Position numbers and translations under genes: made by a program | In this document: positions 28,367 through 38,780 of the stretch, one piece after another | How the letters are laid out: every line of letters begins with the position of its first letter | How positions within the stretch are numbered: the stretch's first letter is position 1 | NCBI GenBank assembly: GCA_038153405.1 | Contig: JAYOYH010000029.1 | Coordinates: forward strand, 1 to 56,611 | DNA length: 56,611 nt | Direction: 5' to 3' | Source: Gemmatimonadota bacterium | GTDB lineage: Bacteria > Latescibacterota > UBA2968 > UBA8231 | The notes under the pieces: model-generated | Told to the model about the DNA's origin: nothing | Database searches by the model: none | What the model saw: the letters and a program-made list of their open reading frames with translations, nothing else

Positions 28367-29347
28367 TCATCGATGGACAACTACGTCTATAGCACCGGAC
28401 AGACGCATGGCGCGATCGCGCCCACCGGCACCGCTGACCGGCGTTAGAATCAGCTCGACCAAGCCAGCCGTTTCCCCGGCTGTCGCCATGCGGGAGAGCA
28501 GCGCGTCGATCTGCCCATAGGAGCCGGTGCCGACCAGCCGCCGGCGCCAGCGCTGCCGCTGGCCGTCCACGGGCAATTCACTCACGGCTCCCAGCGATAT
28601 ATCGTCAATCCCACACAGGTCGGCCCAATATTCAACGCGGGCAAAGAACGCGCGCGCCTGCACCTGAGCAAGCGTCGCCAAAGCTACATCGCGGCTGCGC
28701 CCACTGCGGCCGGCGACAAAAAAGTGAATCGCTCCATCGCCTTCCCTATCCGAAGAGAGTACTGCACCGTCCAGCACGTTGGCCAGAGCAGCCTGCACGG
28801 CGGCGAGTCCACGGCTGTCTTTGACCGTTCCCGATAGCTCGTAACGACCATCGCCAGAGCAGGACACCAACCCCAATTGACTTTCGGCTGGCACGGTAGA
28901 AGCGACCGTTACGGCAGAAAAGCAGGCGGTTGTAATGGAGGGCACCGCGCCGTGCTCTGCCTCGCCCCTTGCCCCAACCTCGTCGACCGGCATCGGCTCT
29001 CCTATCGGAGGCAGAACGATGGCGGCAGCATCCATATCGGCATCAGCTATCGGCGCAGCGGATTCGGCGTCAGCGGCGGATAGTTCCTGGTGCACCGGCA
29101 GGACCGGCTCGGAGATCGCTGTAGGCAGCGCATCGCCATCGGGCAAAACGTTCCCGCCGACGGGCTCGGCCACGAGCGCACCATCGGCCGCCGCCGACGC
29201 GGTGCGGCCGTCCGCCAACCAGCGTTCTACGGGCAGTAAGTACAGCAGCGCACAGGCCGATACAATGCCGAGCAACGCAGCGCCCCAGCGCTGAGCCAAC
29301 GCCCCCCAGGTGCTCCTACGCCCATATACCAGTTCGACGCGTATCAA
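28367..29347 (-). CDS. Membrane-anchored protein, PilN(/PilO)-like
   Basis: TTG overlaps the pilM-like stop (TTGA); MIRVEL resembles the PilN 'IxINL' motif; one TM; acidic linker; position after pilM-like. Confidence 0.5.
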   Translation of the reverse strand: MIRVELVYGRRSTWGALAQRWGAALLGIVSACALLYLLPVERWLADGRTASAAADGALVAEPVGGNVLPDGDALPTAISEPVLPVHQELSAADAESAAPIADADMDAAAIVLPPIGEPMPVDEVGARGEAEHGAVPSITTACFSAVTVASTVPAESQLGLVSCSGDGRYELSGTVKDSRGLAAVQAALANVLDGAVLSSDREGDGAIHFFVAGRSGRSRDVALATLAQVQARAFFARVEYWADLCGIDDISLGAVSELPVDGQRQRWRRRLVGTGSYGQIDALLSRMATAGETAGLVELILTPVSGAGGRDRAMRLSGAIDVVVHR

Positions 29348-30240
29348 GAGGCCAACCCCCGCTGAGCCAGACCCACTGCAATCGCATAGGGCGTGCGCTG
29401 TTCGGGCGTAAACCCCTCTGACAGTTCCTCTTCTCCAATCTGGGCCAGCGGGTCCAGCAACGCCATTGGGCAATCGAGGCTTTCGGCCAAATCCGCGCCC
29501 CATACTTCAGCATCGGGACCAGCACACCACGCGCATCCCACGCCACCCTCGACTTCTCTCAGCAACCTTTTAGCGGCAGAAGACAGGATCTCTGCCGCAT
29601 CGTCCTCACCGTCCCAAGTCCGCACCGCCATCTGCAGCGGTTGACCGTCTTCCACCAGCAGCATATGCGCCTCGTCAGAGGCTGCGTAGACCAACAGTTC
29701 GCGCTCGGCGCTCGGCAGCAGACCGGCGCACTCACCCGCATTATAAAGAGCAAAAGCCGGCACGTCGACATCGACCCGCTTCATGCCCGTTTCTCCTCCG
29801 AGATCGAGGTAATAATCCAATGCACTGTGGCGCACGGCGACAAACAGACCCCACTCCGCTTCAAGCAGGCAGTCGACGCTGAAATCGCGCTCTTCACCGG
29901 CCAAAAACTGCTCGGCTTCCCACTGCAAGTGCTCGCGCATCTCGCGCTCGCTGCCCGCTATTAGCGGGGTCTTCTTCAGCAGGACAGTGCTGTGCTCAAG
30001 GGCAAAGCACACGTTGCCGTAATCGATTTCGTATTCCTCGCCAACTTCGACCAGCACTTCGGCCAGCTGAACGCGCAGCTGCGCGTCGACGAGCATCGCC
30101 GCATCAGCGCGGAAAGGCAGCTCAAAGTCGACCAGTGCGAGCGCTTCTAATCGGCTGCGACGCCGACACAGCGAGGCCAGCCATGCCCGTTGACCGACCA
30201 TGTGTATCCCCGTAGCCGTTTTTCCTCGAAACCCCAGCAC
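29344..30240 (-). CDS. Divergent PilM-like actin-fold protein
   Basis: GIHM strand, L.WEAEQFL, VDVDVPAFALYN, LDPLAQI, YAIAVGLAQR (PilM C-terminal signature). Confidence 0.7.
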   Translation of the reverse strand: MLGFRGKTATGIHMVGQRAWLASLCRRRSRLEALALVDFELPFRADAAMLVDAQLRVQLAEVLVEVGEEYEIDYGNVCFALEHSTVLLKKTPLIAGSEREMREHLQWEAEQFLAGEERDFSVDCLLEAEWGLFVAVRHSALDYYLDLGGETGMKRVDVDVPAFALYNAGECAGLLPSAERELLVYAASDEAHMLLVEDGQPLQMAVRTWDGEDDAAEILSSAAKRLLREVEGGVGCAWCAGPDAEVWGADLAESLDCPMALLDPLAQIGEEELSEGFTPEQRTPYAIAVGLAQRGLAS

Positions 30241-30256
30241 TCTTCATTCCCTTGGA

Positions 30257-30610
30257 TTATGGCACGCGCAAAAAAGGCGCTATCTTCTCCAGCGTTGCCG
30301 CGCCGATGCCCCGGACCTGGCGCAGATCCTGTAGCGCGGAAAATGCCCCGCTCTGTTGGCGGTATTCAACGATGCGCGCCGCCGTCTTTTCCCCGATCCC
30401 CGGCAGTCGCTGTAGCTCTTCGACCGAGGCGCTGTTGAGATCGACCAGCTCGGCGCTCGCCGCAATCGGAACCACTTCGGCCACCGCGCGCTGAATGCGA
30501 AAATCCGGCAGCTGCTCCGGCCGCCAGACCGCAAGCCAGTGGGTCAGTATGCCGATCAATAAAGAAGCACACAGGCAGGACAGCGCGATGCGCTCGCGGC
30601 GATTAAACAT
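30257..30610 (-). CDS. comEA: ComEA-type helix-hairpin-helix DNA receptor
   Basis: N-terminal TM, VDLNSASVEELQRLPGIG…A.RIVEYR…F….DL.QVRGIG. Confidence 0.9.
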   Translation of the reverse strand: MFNRRERIALSCLCASLLIGILTHWLAVWRPEQLPDFRIQRAVAEVVPIAASAELVDLNSASVEELQRLPGIGEKTAARIVEYRQQSGAFSALQDLRQVRGIGAATLEKIAPFLRVP

Positions 30611-30660
30611 GGAAAATACCTCTCGGCAGAGCGATGAGCAAATTGAAATTGGCGCACTCA

Positions 30661-33600
30661 TCAGCGCAGGAAGAACGTGCCCGAAAGCTTTACCTCGCGC
30701 GTTTTGCGCGTCTTGTCCGTCAACCCATTATCGTTGTTTTCCCAGCGCAAAAGGCCCGTTCCGCGAAAATTTTCACTGAACTTATAGGTGAGCGAAAGCT
30801 GGGTCTTAAAGGTCGACTGATCCGTTATCGGCGTGCGTTCTTCATCGGCCGTGCCGTTGGCGCGCGTTTCGTTGGTAACGCCAATTTCAAAACTGAGCGC
30901 CACGTTGCTCTTGAGCTTGCCAAAGAGCGGCAGACTGCGCGGTTTGAGGTCGTGCTTGATAGTAAAATTCGTCGAGGAACGCTCGTTGCTACCGGTGCCG
31001 CGCAGCGGCGGCGGCCCCGTCAACGTGCTATCGTCCGCGACAATTTCAAAGTCCTCGCTAGTCGACGTAGACACCACGCGCTCGATCGTCGTCGTCGGTC
31101 CCCAGCGCCAGCGGCCGTTCCACGAAAGGCGATATTCGCTGCTCGTGCCCCGAGTCAACAAACTGCCCGGGCGCAAACTGCCTTCCCCCTCGCGGTTTTG
31201 CGAGCGTTCAAACTGGACGTTCACCTGGGCGCTATTAATGATCTTCTTTATGTAAGGCAGGCGATCGGCACGTCCCCAGGTCACGTTGAGGCGCGGGTAG
31301 CTGCGCTCTTCCGTCACGCGCAGGCGGTTCTGCGCGCTGCCGCTGCGCTCGCTATACTGGTCGCGCACATTGGCCTTCAAACTGATACCCAAAGGCATGC
31401 GCAGACCCGAATTGGCCTCGCGCTGCACGCTGCTCGACCGACCGTCTTGATTGGTCAAACCAACAGCTGCACGCGCAACCTGCAGCGAGTCGCTCCAGCC
31501 CAACTGGTATAGCAGCGGCGGACGCTCAGTCAGGTTAAAGCTGCGCGCGGTCGTATTGCGTCGCCAGTTGGCGTTGACCGGCTCGGCGTAATTACCGAGA
31601 AAGCCCGCCAAGCGGCGCAGTATAAAAGGACTGCGCCGCTTGGGCGAACTCTGGCTCTGTGCGGCCGTATCCGGTCGATCCTCCTCGGCTAGGCCCAGCG
31701 CGGCGCGCTCGCCCGGATCCATCTCTACAGGGCGCTCTTTGCGTTCATTCCCACTCTGCTGCGCGGCGCCGAGATTGCGCAGCAGGGTCGGTACTTTTAC
31801 GCTAAATCGCGCCGATAAATCGTTTTGCGTATCGATATTAAACGGAGCGACGACGCGCCCCGTAGTCGAGTCGACTAGCGAAGTACTGCGCCGCTGCGAC
31901 GGATCGTTTTGCTCATTATAGCTGGATTTGAACGTATAGTTCTGATCCAGCCACTCGACCAAGCGCAGCGTAAAGGTTACGTCGGCCGTCTGCTTTCTAC
32001 CCACTTCGCGGCCAAAGCTGAACGCGGAGGGATCGAATTTTTTTCGCAGGTCGCGATCGACGCGTAGGTTGTAGTCGGCCGACAGTCCAGTCAGCGGATT
32101 GAGCTTTGCCGCATAGGTCTCGTTGATAAAGAAGGACTCTTGGGTCGTAGACTCGGCGTCGCCGCGCTGCAGATTTTCCGAAGTCCGCCGGTTGCCGGCC
32201 AGCGTGTAGTTAAAGCTCGAGGGCAGAACGCGCAGGCGCATTTCCTCTAGGCCGTCAGGGGCGATGGAAGGCAGCCACGCCAGAGGGCGAAACGACGGCT
32301 TGGGCAGCGGCATGCGATAGCCCAGATTAAACGTCTGCGCGTTCTGCTGATCGATAATGCGCACGGGATCTGTGCTCGATTCACTCGAATGCGACAGGCG
32401 CATATTGACCTGATCTATGGTCCATCTCAATAGCCAGTTCTTACCCGGCCGACGACTTAGCGAGATGTCGTAAAACTGCTTGGTGCGCACGGCTTTCTGG
32501 TTGCGCTTTTCCGCTTTGGTCAACTCGACATCGGCACCTGGGCCGAAGCGCGGCAGGCTCTGCGTGTGATTCAGATTGAACTTGAGCGGTATGGAAAAGC
32601 CCCAGCTGCCCGGCAGAAACTGATGCAGCTGCGCGGTCGCCTGCATGCTTGAATTTTGGTCGGTGCTGTTGCCGCCCGAGCCGTTAAACGTGCGAAAGTC
32701 CTCCTGCCGCCACTCGACCTGCGTATCGAAGCTCATAAAATCGGCAAGCTTGGTATTGAGCCGGGCATAGGCGGCCACGCCGGGATCGTTGCGCGCGCCG
32801 TCTAGGCGCAGTTCGTCGACGAATACGCGACCGCTATAAGCCTGCGAACCACCGCGATTGCGCAGACCTATGCTCAACTGCTTGACCGACTGCATCGAGG
32901 GTCGACCGCGCACGCGGTACACGGCGTTTACCCCGTCGCGCAGACCTGGGCGACTGAAGTCCTGCTCGACTGCATATGGACGGACCTCCGGATCAAAGCC
33001 GGCCGTGCGCAGCTCGTTGAGTTCGGCCTGCCGCAGGAACAGCCGCCCATCGGTCGGCGCGCCGCGCGCATCGACCACCGCGTAGATTGGGCGGTAGCGC
33101 GGATCGTTTTCTGCCGCGCTAAACGATTCGGCCACGGCCTTGAGCTGGGAGATAGCCAACAGGTCTACGTCCACTTTGTTTCCATCCCAACCGGGGCGCC
33201 CTCCTTCCCAACCGGGAAAGATCGGACTGATCACCTCGTAGTAGTTGGTGCTGTCGGCGCCAAAGCGCACGAAGAGCTCCAACTCGCTGGAATCTCCGCG
33301 GGCATAGTCGGTGTTAATGGTATCGCCGTGCACGTACATGCGCAGGCGCTCGTAGCTGGTGTAGTTGGCAGCGCGGCTGAGAATTTTTGTCGCCGACATC
33401 TGGTGGCCCGGCTCTAGCCCGTCGTAGGCCAGCACGAGCGACTGCTCGCGCTCTCGGGTGCGCGACTGCGCGTTGCGCCGCAGCTTGACGCCGGGTGGTG
33501 GCTTGTAGCTAAGACTCTTATCGGTGCCCACCACCGTTATGTCGAGCGCCTCGTCTTCGGTGACGATAAAGCGATCGTTGAAGCGCGCGATCTCGTCCTC

Positions 33601-36600
33601 TTGCCACTCGTTTCCCACCACTTCAATCAGGGCAATTTCAGCTACGATGGCCGCTTCTGGGTCGAGCAATGGACCGCTGCTTAACATCAGGCGGGCAAAC
33701 TCGATACGCGTCGAGTCGGGCAGGCCCACGCGTTCTACCGACTCGCTGTAAAGGGGTAGGCGCAGCTGGCGCCATCCCTTGCTCTGCGTGCCGGGCACCG
33801 CGTAGCGATCGTCGGCTAGGTTGATCTCGTAGTGGTAGTAGTTGTCGCGCTGGTCGAGGACCCCGTTGTTGTTCAGGTCTTCGGTATCGGGGCGATCGCC
33901 CGTTTCTAAGTCGACTTTATTGCCCTGCGTGCCGTTGATGCGACTGTAGTCATTTTTATTGCGCTGCGGTTCGTAGCGCCAGTTATCGCCTTCGGGGTCA
34001 TCGGGCGAGCGCGCGGGGCGCAGCGGATCGGGATCGGGGTAGAGCGTGGCAAAGGCCTGCTTGCGCTGCTCTAGCGAGCGCGTCGTGTCAAACGCCGCAT
34101 CGGCCAGCAGCAGGTAGTAGTTCAACTCGGCCTCATCATCTCGCCCGTCAATGCCGATATCCTCTTCCTTCGATACCACGCCGTCGCCGGTCGTGCGGCC
34201 GGGGAACGGCTCATCCTCCGTGTCCAGGCGACCATTTTCGATATAATCCTCGTTGATCTGATCGCCCAGATCAACGTGCAGTATACCCTCTTCACCGCGC
34301 ACCCAGATCTCCATAAACTTCGACTGCGAGAAGTCGTTTACCGCCGTCAGTGCCGTCATAATGCCACCCCATGACTCGGCCACTTCGGGTCGCGGTCGCA
34401 GGGCCAGCGCCAGCACGTCCGTGTTGCGGTTCTGCGCCTCTAGCTGATCCTCTTGATTGGGCCAGATATCGGTGCGCAGTACGCCGTCGTAGGGATTGTA
34501 CCAGTCTAGGTCTGTGCGCGAACTCGCATCAAAGCCAGCGGTTTCCGGCAGGCTCGTCGGCACCCAGCGCGTGCGGCCTATGCCCAGGCTCGTCGGGCGC
34601 TCACTGCCCTCGAAATCATCGATATATCCCTGCCCCTTGGTATTGAGATTGGGCCGGCTCTGAGCGATCTCGGCGTCGAGGACGATTTCGGAGGGTTCTG
34701 CCGTCTTGAGCAGCGGCACCATATCGACCATGCGCGTCAAAATGGGCATTTCGCGGCGGGCGCGCAGATCGAGGTTCCAGATAATGGAGCGCGTCGGCTC
34801 GGTACCCACGCGCACGCGGCGCTCGCTCGAGCGCTCGTTGTTGTAGATCATCGTGCTACCGACATTGCCGTCGCCGCCCCAAAACTCGTACTGGCTGCGC
34901 AGGCCCAACAGCGTCTTCTGTTGGCTGCCGAGGCCGAGCACGTCTTCCGACTCGAAGGATATTTCCAGCTCGGCACCGGGATCGGCCACTTCCTGCGCCA
35001 CGTTGCCGACAAAGGTGACGTTGCCGATAAAGTCGACGTTGTATTCCGTGCCCCGCGTCAGGCCGCGCCCGTTGAGGCGCACTTCTACCGTTTCTGGGCG
35101 CACGCCGCCAAATACACCGCCTAGGCGTATGCGCTGTTCGCTCGACGAGGCGCGCACGCGGATCTTGTAGCGACTAGACTCTGTCTGGTCGCGCTGTTGC
35201 TGGCTATCGTAAATTTCGGGAATCACATCTTGCAGGCGCCCTCGATAGGAAGGCGCGCGCGGATCAAAGGGCCGTTGGTCGGGAAAGATCAGGTGACCGC
35301 GAATATCGTCGAGGCCAATGTAGTCGGCGTCGATAATGCGGTCGGCGGGGCTGCCCGGATCCTGACCGCGCTCGTCCAAGCCCATCAGGCGTATGTAGGC
35401 GCTGCCGCTCTGCGAGGGCTGATCTTCCTGCCCCGACACTTCCTTGACGATATCGACGCGCAGCGTCTTAGAGTCGAATTTGCGCCCGGGGCCAAAGCCC
35501 GAGGCAATTCGATAGACGTTCTTCCACTCGAGATTCCACGTAGGAAAGCCGGGCCGCGCGTTGCGCGCCTTGATTAATTTGAGTTCTAAGCTATCGGCGG
35601 AATCCGTCACAAAGCGCGCCGTCTCGCGCTGCACCGGCCCATCGAAGTTTGGATTGAGCGTGCGATAGCGAACGGCTAGCGCATAGCTTTCGATGACGGG
35701 GCGCTCGAGTATGAGGTAGCCAGCCTCGGCAACGATCGTGTAGTCTTCATCGGGATCGAGCAACTGCCAGGTTCCCGTTTCAAAGCAGCCGCTATTTTGC
35801 AGGCGAGTACCGGCGCCGTTAAAGCACTGAATCTCGGACGTGCCCAGCGTATCGGATGGATCGACCCAGGCCACACCCGGCTTGGCATAGGTCTCCGCAT
35901 CGTTGTTTGTATTGAAGTCGTTGAGGTAGACTTCCAAGGCACCGACGTCGACAAAGCTCTCGGCGCTAAACTGTGCACCTTGGTTCAGGGCGCGAAAGTC
36001 AGGCAGGTTAGCGCGGTAAAACTCGTGTAGGTAGAAGTAGGTATTGCGCAGGTACTGATAGTCGCGAATGACCAGCGTATCGACAGCCGCACCGCCCTTA
36101 AAGGTCTGGCGATTGCTCTTGCTCTTTTCATGGCTAGCCACCGTCGTGAAGGCCAGCGGCCCGAGGTGGCCCTTAGCGCGAATGCCGAAGAGCCCCTTGT
36201 TCTGCTGGCGAAAGCCGACAAAACGCGTGCCGGGCAACTCCAGCGTAGTATTGCCGGCCTGTACCTCTTGAAAGATGGAGTCGTCCTCGCCCTTATAATC
36301 GAGTTTAATCTGGTTGGCCAACTCGTTGGACAGTTGGTCTCTCAGATTGCTGCTAAACGCCGATCCCAGGTTCTCCGTATCCTGATCAATGCGCACGTTG
36401 ATCAACTCGCCGACCTTGCCCTCGACGGAGAACTTGGACTCTTGATCAATGCTTAGGGAGGGGAATTTAGATGGCCGTCCTATAGACGTCTGCACCTCGC
36501 CAGCGGTCCATTCGCTGCGCCCGGATACGATAATGGTGCGCGAACCGTTCAGGCGAAGGCTCGGGCCTTCGTCGCCAATAAAGCGCCGCAGCGGCTTGGG

Positions 36601-37059
36601 GGCAGTAAAGGGCACAGTCCACTCGAAGCGGCTAGTCTTCTGGCGTCGCTGCTGCAGCGAGGCCTGGCGAAATTCGCGGCGAATCTGCTGCTGCCATATA
36701 TCGACCTGACGCCGCTCGTATTCCAGCTCGAGGTAGTCTTCAAAGGGGATGCTAACGGCGGCACCCGACTCAAAGCCACTAATGCGCTGGCTGTAGTGCG
36801 CCCCCATCGAGTCGACGGCGACCTGATGCGATATCAGCTCTTGACGGCCGCGCTGCGGAAGCAGCGGACGTCCAGCGCCAAAAGACGACGAGCCGCGCAA
36901 AAAAGACTCGGCCAGCGGTCCGTAGAGCGGATTATAGCGCAGGGCGGGCTCGCCGAACGCGCGCTCAGATAGGGCCAGCGCCAGCAGCGAACACACCGCC
37001 ATACACAGCGGAAATACGTGGGAGCGATATAGATGCAATCCGACCGTCCGAACGCGCAC
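30661..37059 (-). CDS. sprA: SprA/Sov-like giant outer-membrane beta-barrel (T9SS translocon family), 2132 aa
   Basis: IKLDYKGEDD.IFQEVQAGN..L.LP, GLFGI…G, YIDDFEGS, DTEDLN.NG.LD, FVDELRL; long amphipathic strand-rich C-terminus. Confidence 0.85.
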   Translation of the reverse strand: MRVRTVGLHLYRSHVFPLCMAVCSLLALALSERAFGEPALRYNPLYGPLAESFLRGSSSFGAGRPLLPQRGRQELISHQVAVDSMGAHYSQRISGFESGAAVSIPFEDYLELEYERRQVDIWQQQIRREFRQASLQQRRQKTSRFEWTVPFTAPKPLRRFIGDEGPSLRLNGSRTIIVSGRSEWTAGEVQTSIGRPSKFPSLSIDQESKFSVEGKVGELINVRIDQDTENLGSAFSSNLRDQLSNELANQIKLDYKGEDDSIFQEVQAGNTTLELPGTRFVGFRQQNKGLFGIRAKGHLGPLAFTTVASHEKSKSNRQTFKGGAAVDTLVIRDYQYLRNTYFYLHEFYRANLPDFRALNQGAQFSAESFVDVGALEVYLNDFNTNNDAETYAKPGVAWVDPSDTLGTSEIQCFNGAGTRLQNSGCFETGTWQLLDPDEDYTIVAEAGYLILERPVIESYALAVRYRTLNPNFDGPVQRETARFVTDSADSLELKLIKARNARPGFPTWNLEWKNVYRIASGFGPGRKFDSKTLRVDIVKEVSGQEDQPSQSGSAYIRLMGLDERGQDPGSPADRIIDADYIGLDDIRGHLIFPDQRPFDPRAPSYRGRLQDVIPEIYDSQQQRDQTESSRYKIRVRASSSEQRIRLGGVFGGVRPETVEVRLNGRGLTRGTEYNVDFIGNVTFVGNVAQEVADPGAELEISFESEDVLGLGSQQKTLLGLRSQYEFWGGDGNVGSTMIYNNERSSERRVRVGTEPTRSIIWNLDLRARREMPILTRMVDMVPLLKTAEPSEIVLDAEIAQSRPNLNTKGQGYIDDFEGSERPTSLGIGRTRWVPTSLPETAGFDASSRTDLDWYNPYDGVLRTDIWPNQEDQLEAQNRNTDVLALALRPRPEVAESWGGIMTALTAVNDFSQSKFMEIWVRGEEGILHVDLGDQINEDYIENGRLDTEDEPFPGRTTGDGVVSKEEDIGIDGRDDEAELNYYLLLADAAFDTTRSLEQRKQAFATLYPDPDPLRPARSPDDPEGDNWRYEPQRNKNDYSRINGTQGNKVDLETGDRPDTEDLNNNGVLDQRDNYYHYEINLADDRYAVPGTQSKGWRQLRLPLYSESVERVGLPDSTRIEFARLMLSSGPLLDPEAAIVAEIALIEVVGNEWQEDEIARFNDRFIVTEDEALDITVVGTDKSLSYKPPPGVKLRRNAQSRTREREQSLVLAYDGLEPGHQMSATKILSRAANYTSYERLRMYVHGDTINTDYARGDSSELELFVRFGADSTNYYEVISPIFPGWEGGRPGWDGNKVDVDLLAISQLKAVAESFSAAENDPRYRPIYAVVDARGAPTDGRLFLRQAELNELRTAGFDPEVRPYAVEQDFSRPGLRDGVNAVYRVRGRPSMQSVKQLSIGLRNRGGSQAYSGRVFVDELRLDGARNDPGVAAYARLNTKLADFMSFDTQVEWRQEDFRTFNGSGGNSTDQNSSMQATAQLHQFLPGSWGFSIPLKFNLNHTQSLPRFGPGADVELTKAEKRNQKAVRTKQFYDISLSRRPGKNWLLRWTIDQVNMRLSHSSESSTDPVRIIDQQNAQTFNLGYRMPLPKPSFRPLAWLPSIAPDGLEEMRLRVLPSSFNYTLAGNRRTSENLQRGDAESTTQESFFINETYAAKLNPLTGLSADYNLRVDRDLRKKFDPSAFSFGREVGRKQTADVTFTLRLVEWLDQNYTFKSSYNEQNDPSQRRSTSLVDSTTGRVVAPFNIDTQNDLSARFSVKVPTLLRNLGAAQQSGNERKERPVEMDPGERAALGLAEEDRPDTAAQSQSSPKRRSPFILRRLAGFLGNYAEPVNANWRRNTTARSFNLTERPPLLYQLGWSDSLQVARAAVGLTNQDGRSSSVQREANSGLRMPLGISLKANVRDQYSERSGSAQNRLRVTEERSYPRLNVTWGRADRLPYIKKIINSAQVNVQFERSQNREGEGSLRPGSLLTRGTSSEYRLSWNGRWRWGPTTTIERVVSTSTSEDFEIVADDSTLTGPPPLRGTGSNERSSTNFTIKHDLKPRSLPLFGKLKSNVALSFEIGVTNETRANGTADEERTPITDQSTFKTQLSLTYKFSENFRGTGLLRWENNDNGLTDKTRKTREVKLSGTFFLR

Positions 37060-37198
37060 TAATTATGGATGACACAAACCACGCCTCTGCAGAGCAAAGG
37101 CAACGACGCAATAACAAAGCGCGATAAGCGGTCTCCGGAGCTCGGGACGATAGGAACGGCGGCCGCTCCGCGTTGGAAGGGCGCCGCGCTTGAGAGAA

Positions 37199-37227
37199 AA
37201 CATAGCACGAGGCCCGCATAATTTCAA
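37199..37227 (-). promoter_or_regulatory. sigma70 promoter for the sprA operon
   Basis: TTGAAA-17 nt-TATGTT with an extended TG; implies a ~130-nt leader. Confidence 0.5.
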
Positions 37228-37429
37228 GGAGCCCCTAATGCAAAAAACGTTCCCGCATAACGAAAAGCGCTGCTTTTTTATATTTCTTGCAAGTCGTTAT
37301 ATTTGAGGTACGCATGGCCGATTCAACCCACTCACCAACTCACCTACAGCCGACCCAGCGCGGCGCGCGTGTCCGCTGCGTAGCGCGGCGTCACCCGGCC
37401 TACACGCACGCGCGCGCGGAGTCCTGCGC

Positions 37430-38779
37430 TTGAGCGCTCTTTCCCGCTACATTCTCAAAGAGCACCTGTGGCCCTTTGCCCTCGGCTTCGCGCTGATCGT
37501 ATTTGTCCTGCTGATCGACGTCGCTCTGCAGTTTATGGACCGCCTGCTCAGCAAGGGCCTGGGCGCGACAACCGCCCTACAGCTGCTGCTCTTCAATTTG
37601 GCGTGGATCATCGCCCTAGCCGTTCCCATGGCCGTGCTCATCGCCGTGCTGATGGCCTTTGCGCGCCTGGCCGCCGATGGGGAAATACTGGCGGCCAAAG
37701 CCTGCGGCATTAGCTTCTTCCACCTTTTGCGCCCCGTGCTGGCTGCCGCTGCCGTGCTTTCCCTGCTCATGATCGCCTTTAACGATCGCGTGCTACCGGA
37801 TTGGAATCACCGTGCACGCACCATTTCATCCAGCTTACAGCGCACTAAGGCCGCTTTAGTCCTCAAACAAAAAGAGGGCATATTCGTGCGTGCGCTCGGC
37901 GGATACAATCTGCTCATTCGCGAAGTGGACGAGCGCGATAACACATTGAAAGGCATCACCCTATACGACGTACTGCGCCCGGGGCCACCCGTTGCACTAC
38001 ACGCACGGCGCGGCCAGCTCCAACTCTTTGACAACGGCGCCTATGCGCGCCTCGCGCTGGAGGACGGCTATGTTCACCGCATCGAGTACGACGATCGCGA
38101 GCGCTCGCTCTTCGGACGCTTTGCCAGCCAAGTGTTGCACATAAAAGACCCGCGGCGCGCCTTTGAACGCCGTCCGTCGTCCTATCGCAGCGACCGCGAA
38201 ATGGATATCGCGACCATGCGCCAACACGTGCGCGCCAAGCGCGCCGAACAGGAACGGGCCCGACTCGGCTTAGATAGCACCATGCTGGACATGATGAGCG
38301 TATTGGCCATTCCCGCCGACGCCGAGCAGGGATACCCGCTGCCGACGCGCCTGCGCAGCTACGCCGCCGACTCTTCTGTCGTCGACCCGCTAAACCAGCT
38401 CGTCTTGGTCCGCGAAAAACTGCGCAAGGAAATGCGCCTGATCGACAATCACCAGGCGCAAATTGACGAGTTTGAAGTAGAAATTCACAAGAAGTTTTCC
38501 ATCCCCGCCGCCTGTCTGATCTTCGCGCTACTGGGCGCGCCACTGGGCGCCATTATCCGCCGGCGCGGCGCAGCCGTATCCGTCGGCATCAGCTTGGCAT
38601 TCTTCTGGATCTACTGGATGTTCCTCATCGGCGGCGAGGAGTTGGCCGACCGCGGCTTTATAGCACCCGCGCTGGCCATGTGGTCGCCCAATATCGCCTT
38701 TTTTGCCGTGGGCCTGTTCCTCTTGCGCGGCGTAATGCACGATCGCAGTTGGAAGGCACTGCCGAGGGGCGTGCGCTGA
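37430..38779 (+). CDS. lptF: LPS export ABC permease LptF
   Basis: RYILKE, AVPMAVL, DGE..A.KACG, EIHKKFSIP, ALAMWSPN. Confidence 0.85.
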   Translation: MSALSRYILKEHLWPFALGFALIVFVLLIDVALQFMDRLLSKGLGATTALQLLLFNLAWIIALAVPMAVLIAVLMAFARLAADGEILAAKACGISFFHLLRPVLAAAAVLSLLMIAFNDRVLPDWNHRARTISSSLQRTKAALVLKQKEGIFVRALGGYNLLIREVDERDNTLKGITLYDVLRPGPPVALHARRGQLQLFDNGAYARLALEDGYVHRIEYDDRERSLFGRFASQVLHIKDPRRAFERRPSSYRSDREMDIATMRQHVRAKRAEQERARLGLDSTMLDMMSVLAIPADAEQGYPLPTRLRSYAADSSVVDPLNQLVLVREKLRKEMRLIDNHQAQIDEFEVEIHKKFSIPAACLIFALLGAPLGAIIRRRGAAVSVGISLAFFWIYWMFLIGGEELADRGFIAPALAMWSPNIAFFAVGLFLLRGVMHDRSWKALPRGVR

Positions 38780-38780
38780 T

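Noticed and set aside
37060..37429. Known riboswitch or ncRNA between sprA and lptF
   Set aside because: No family consensus recognised; divergent promoters explain the gap. An Rfam scan would settle it.
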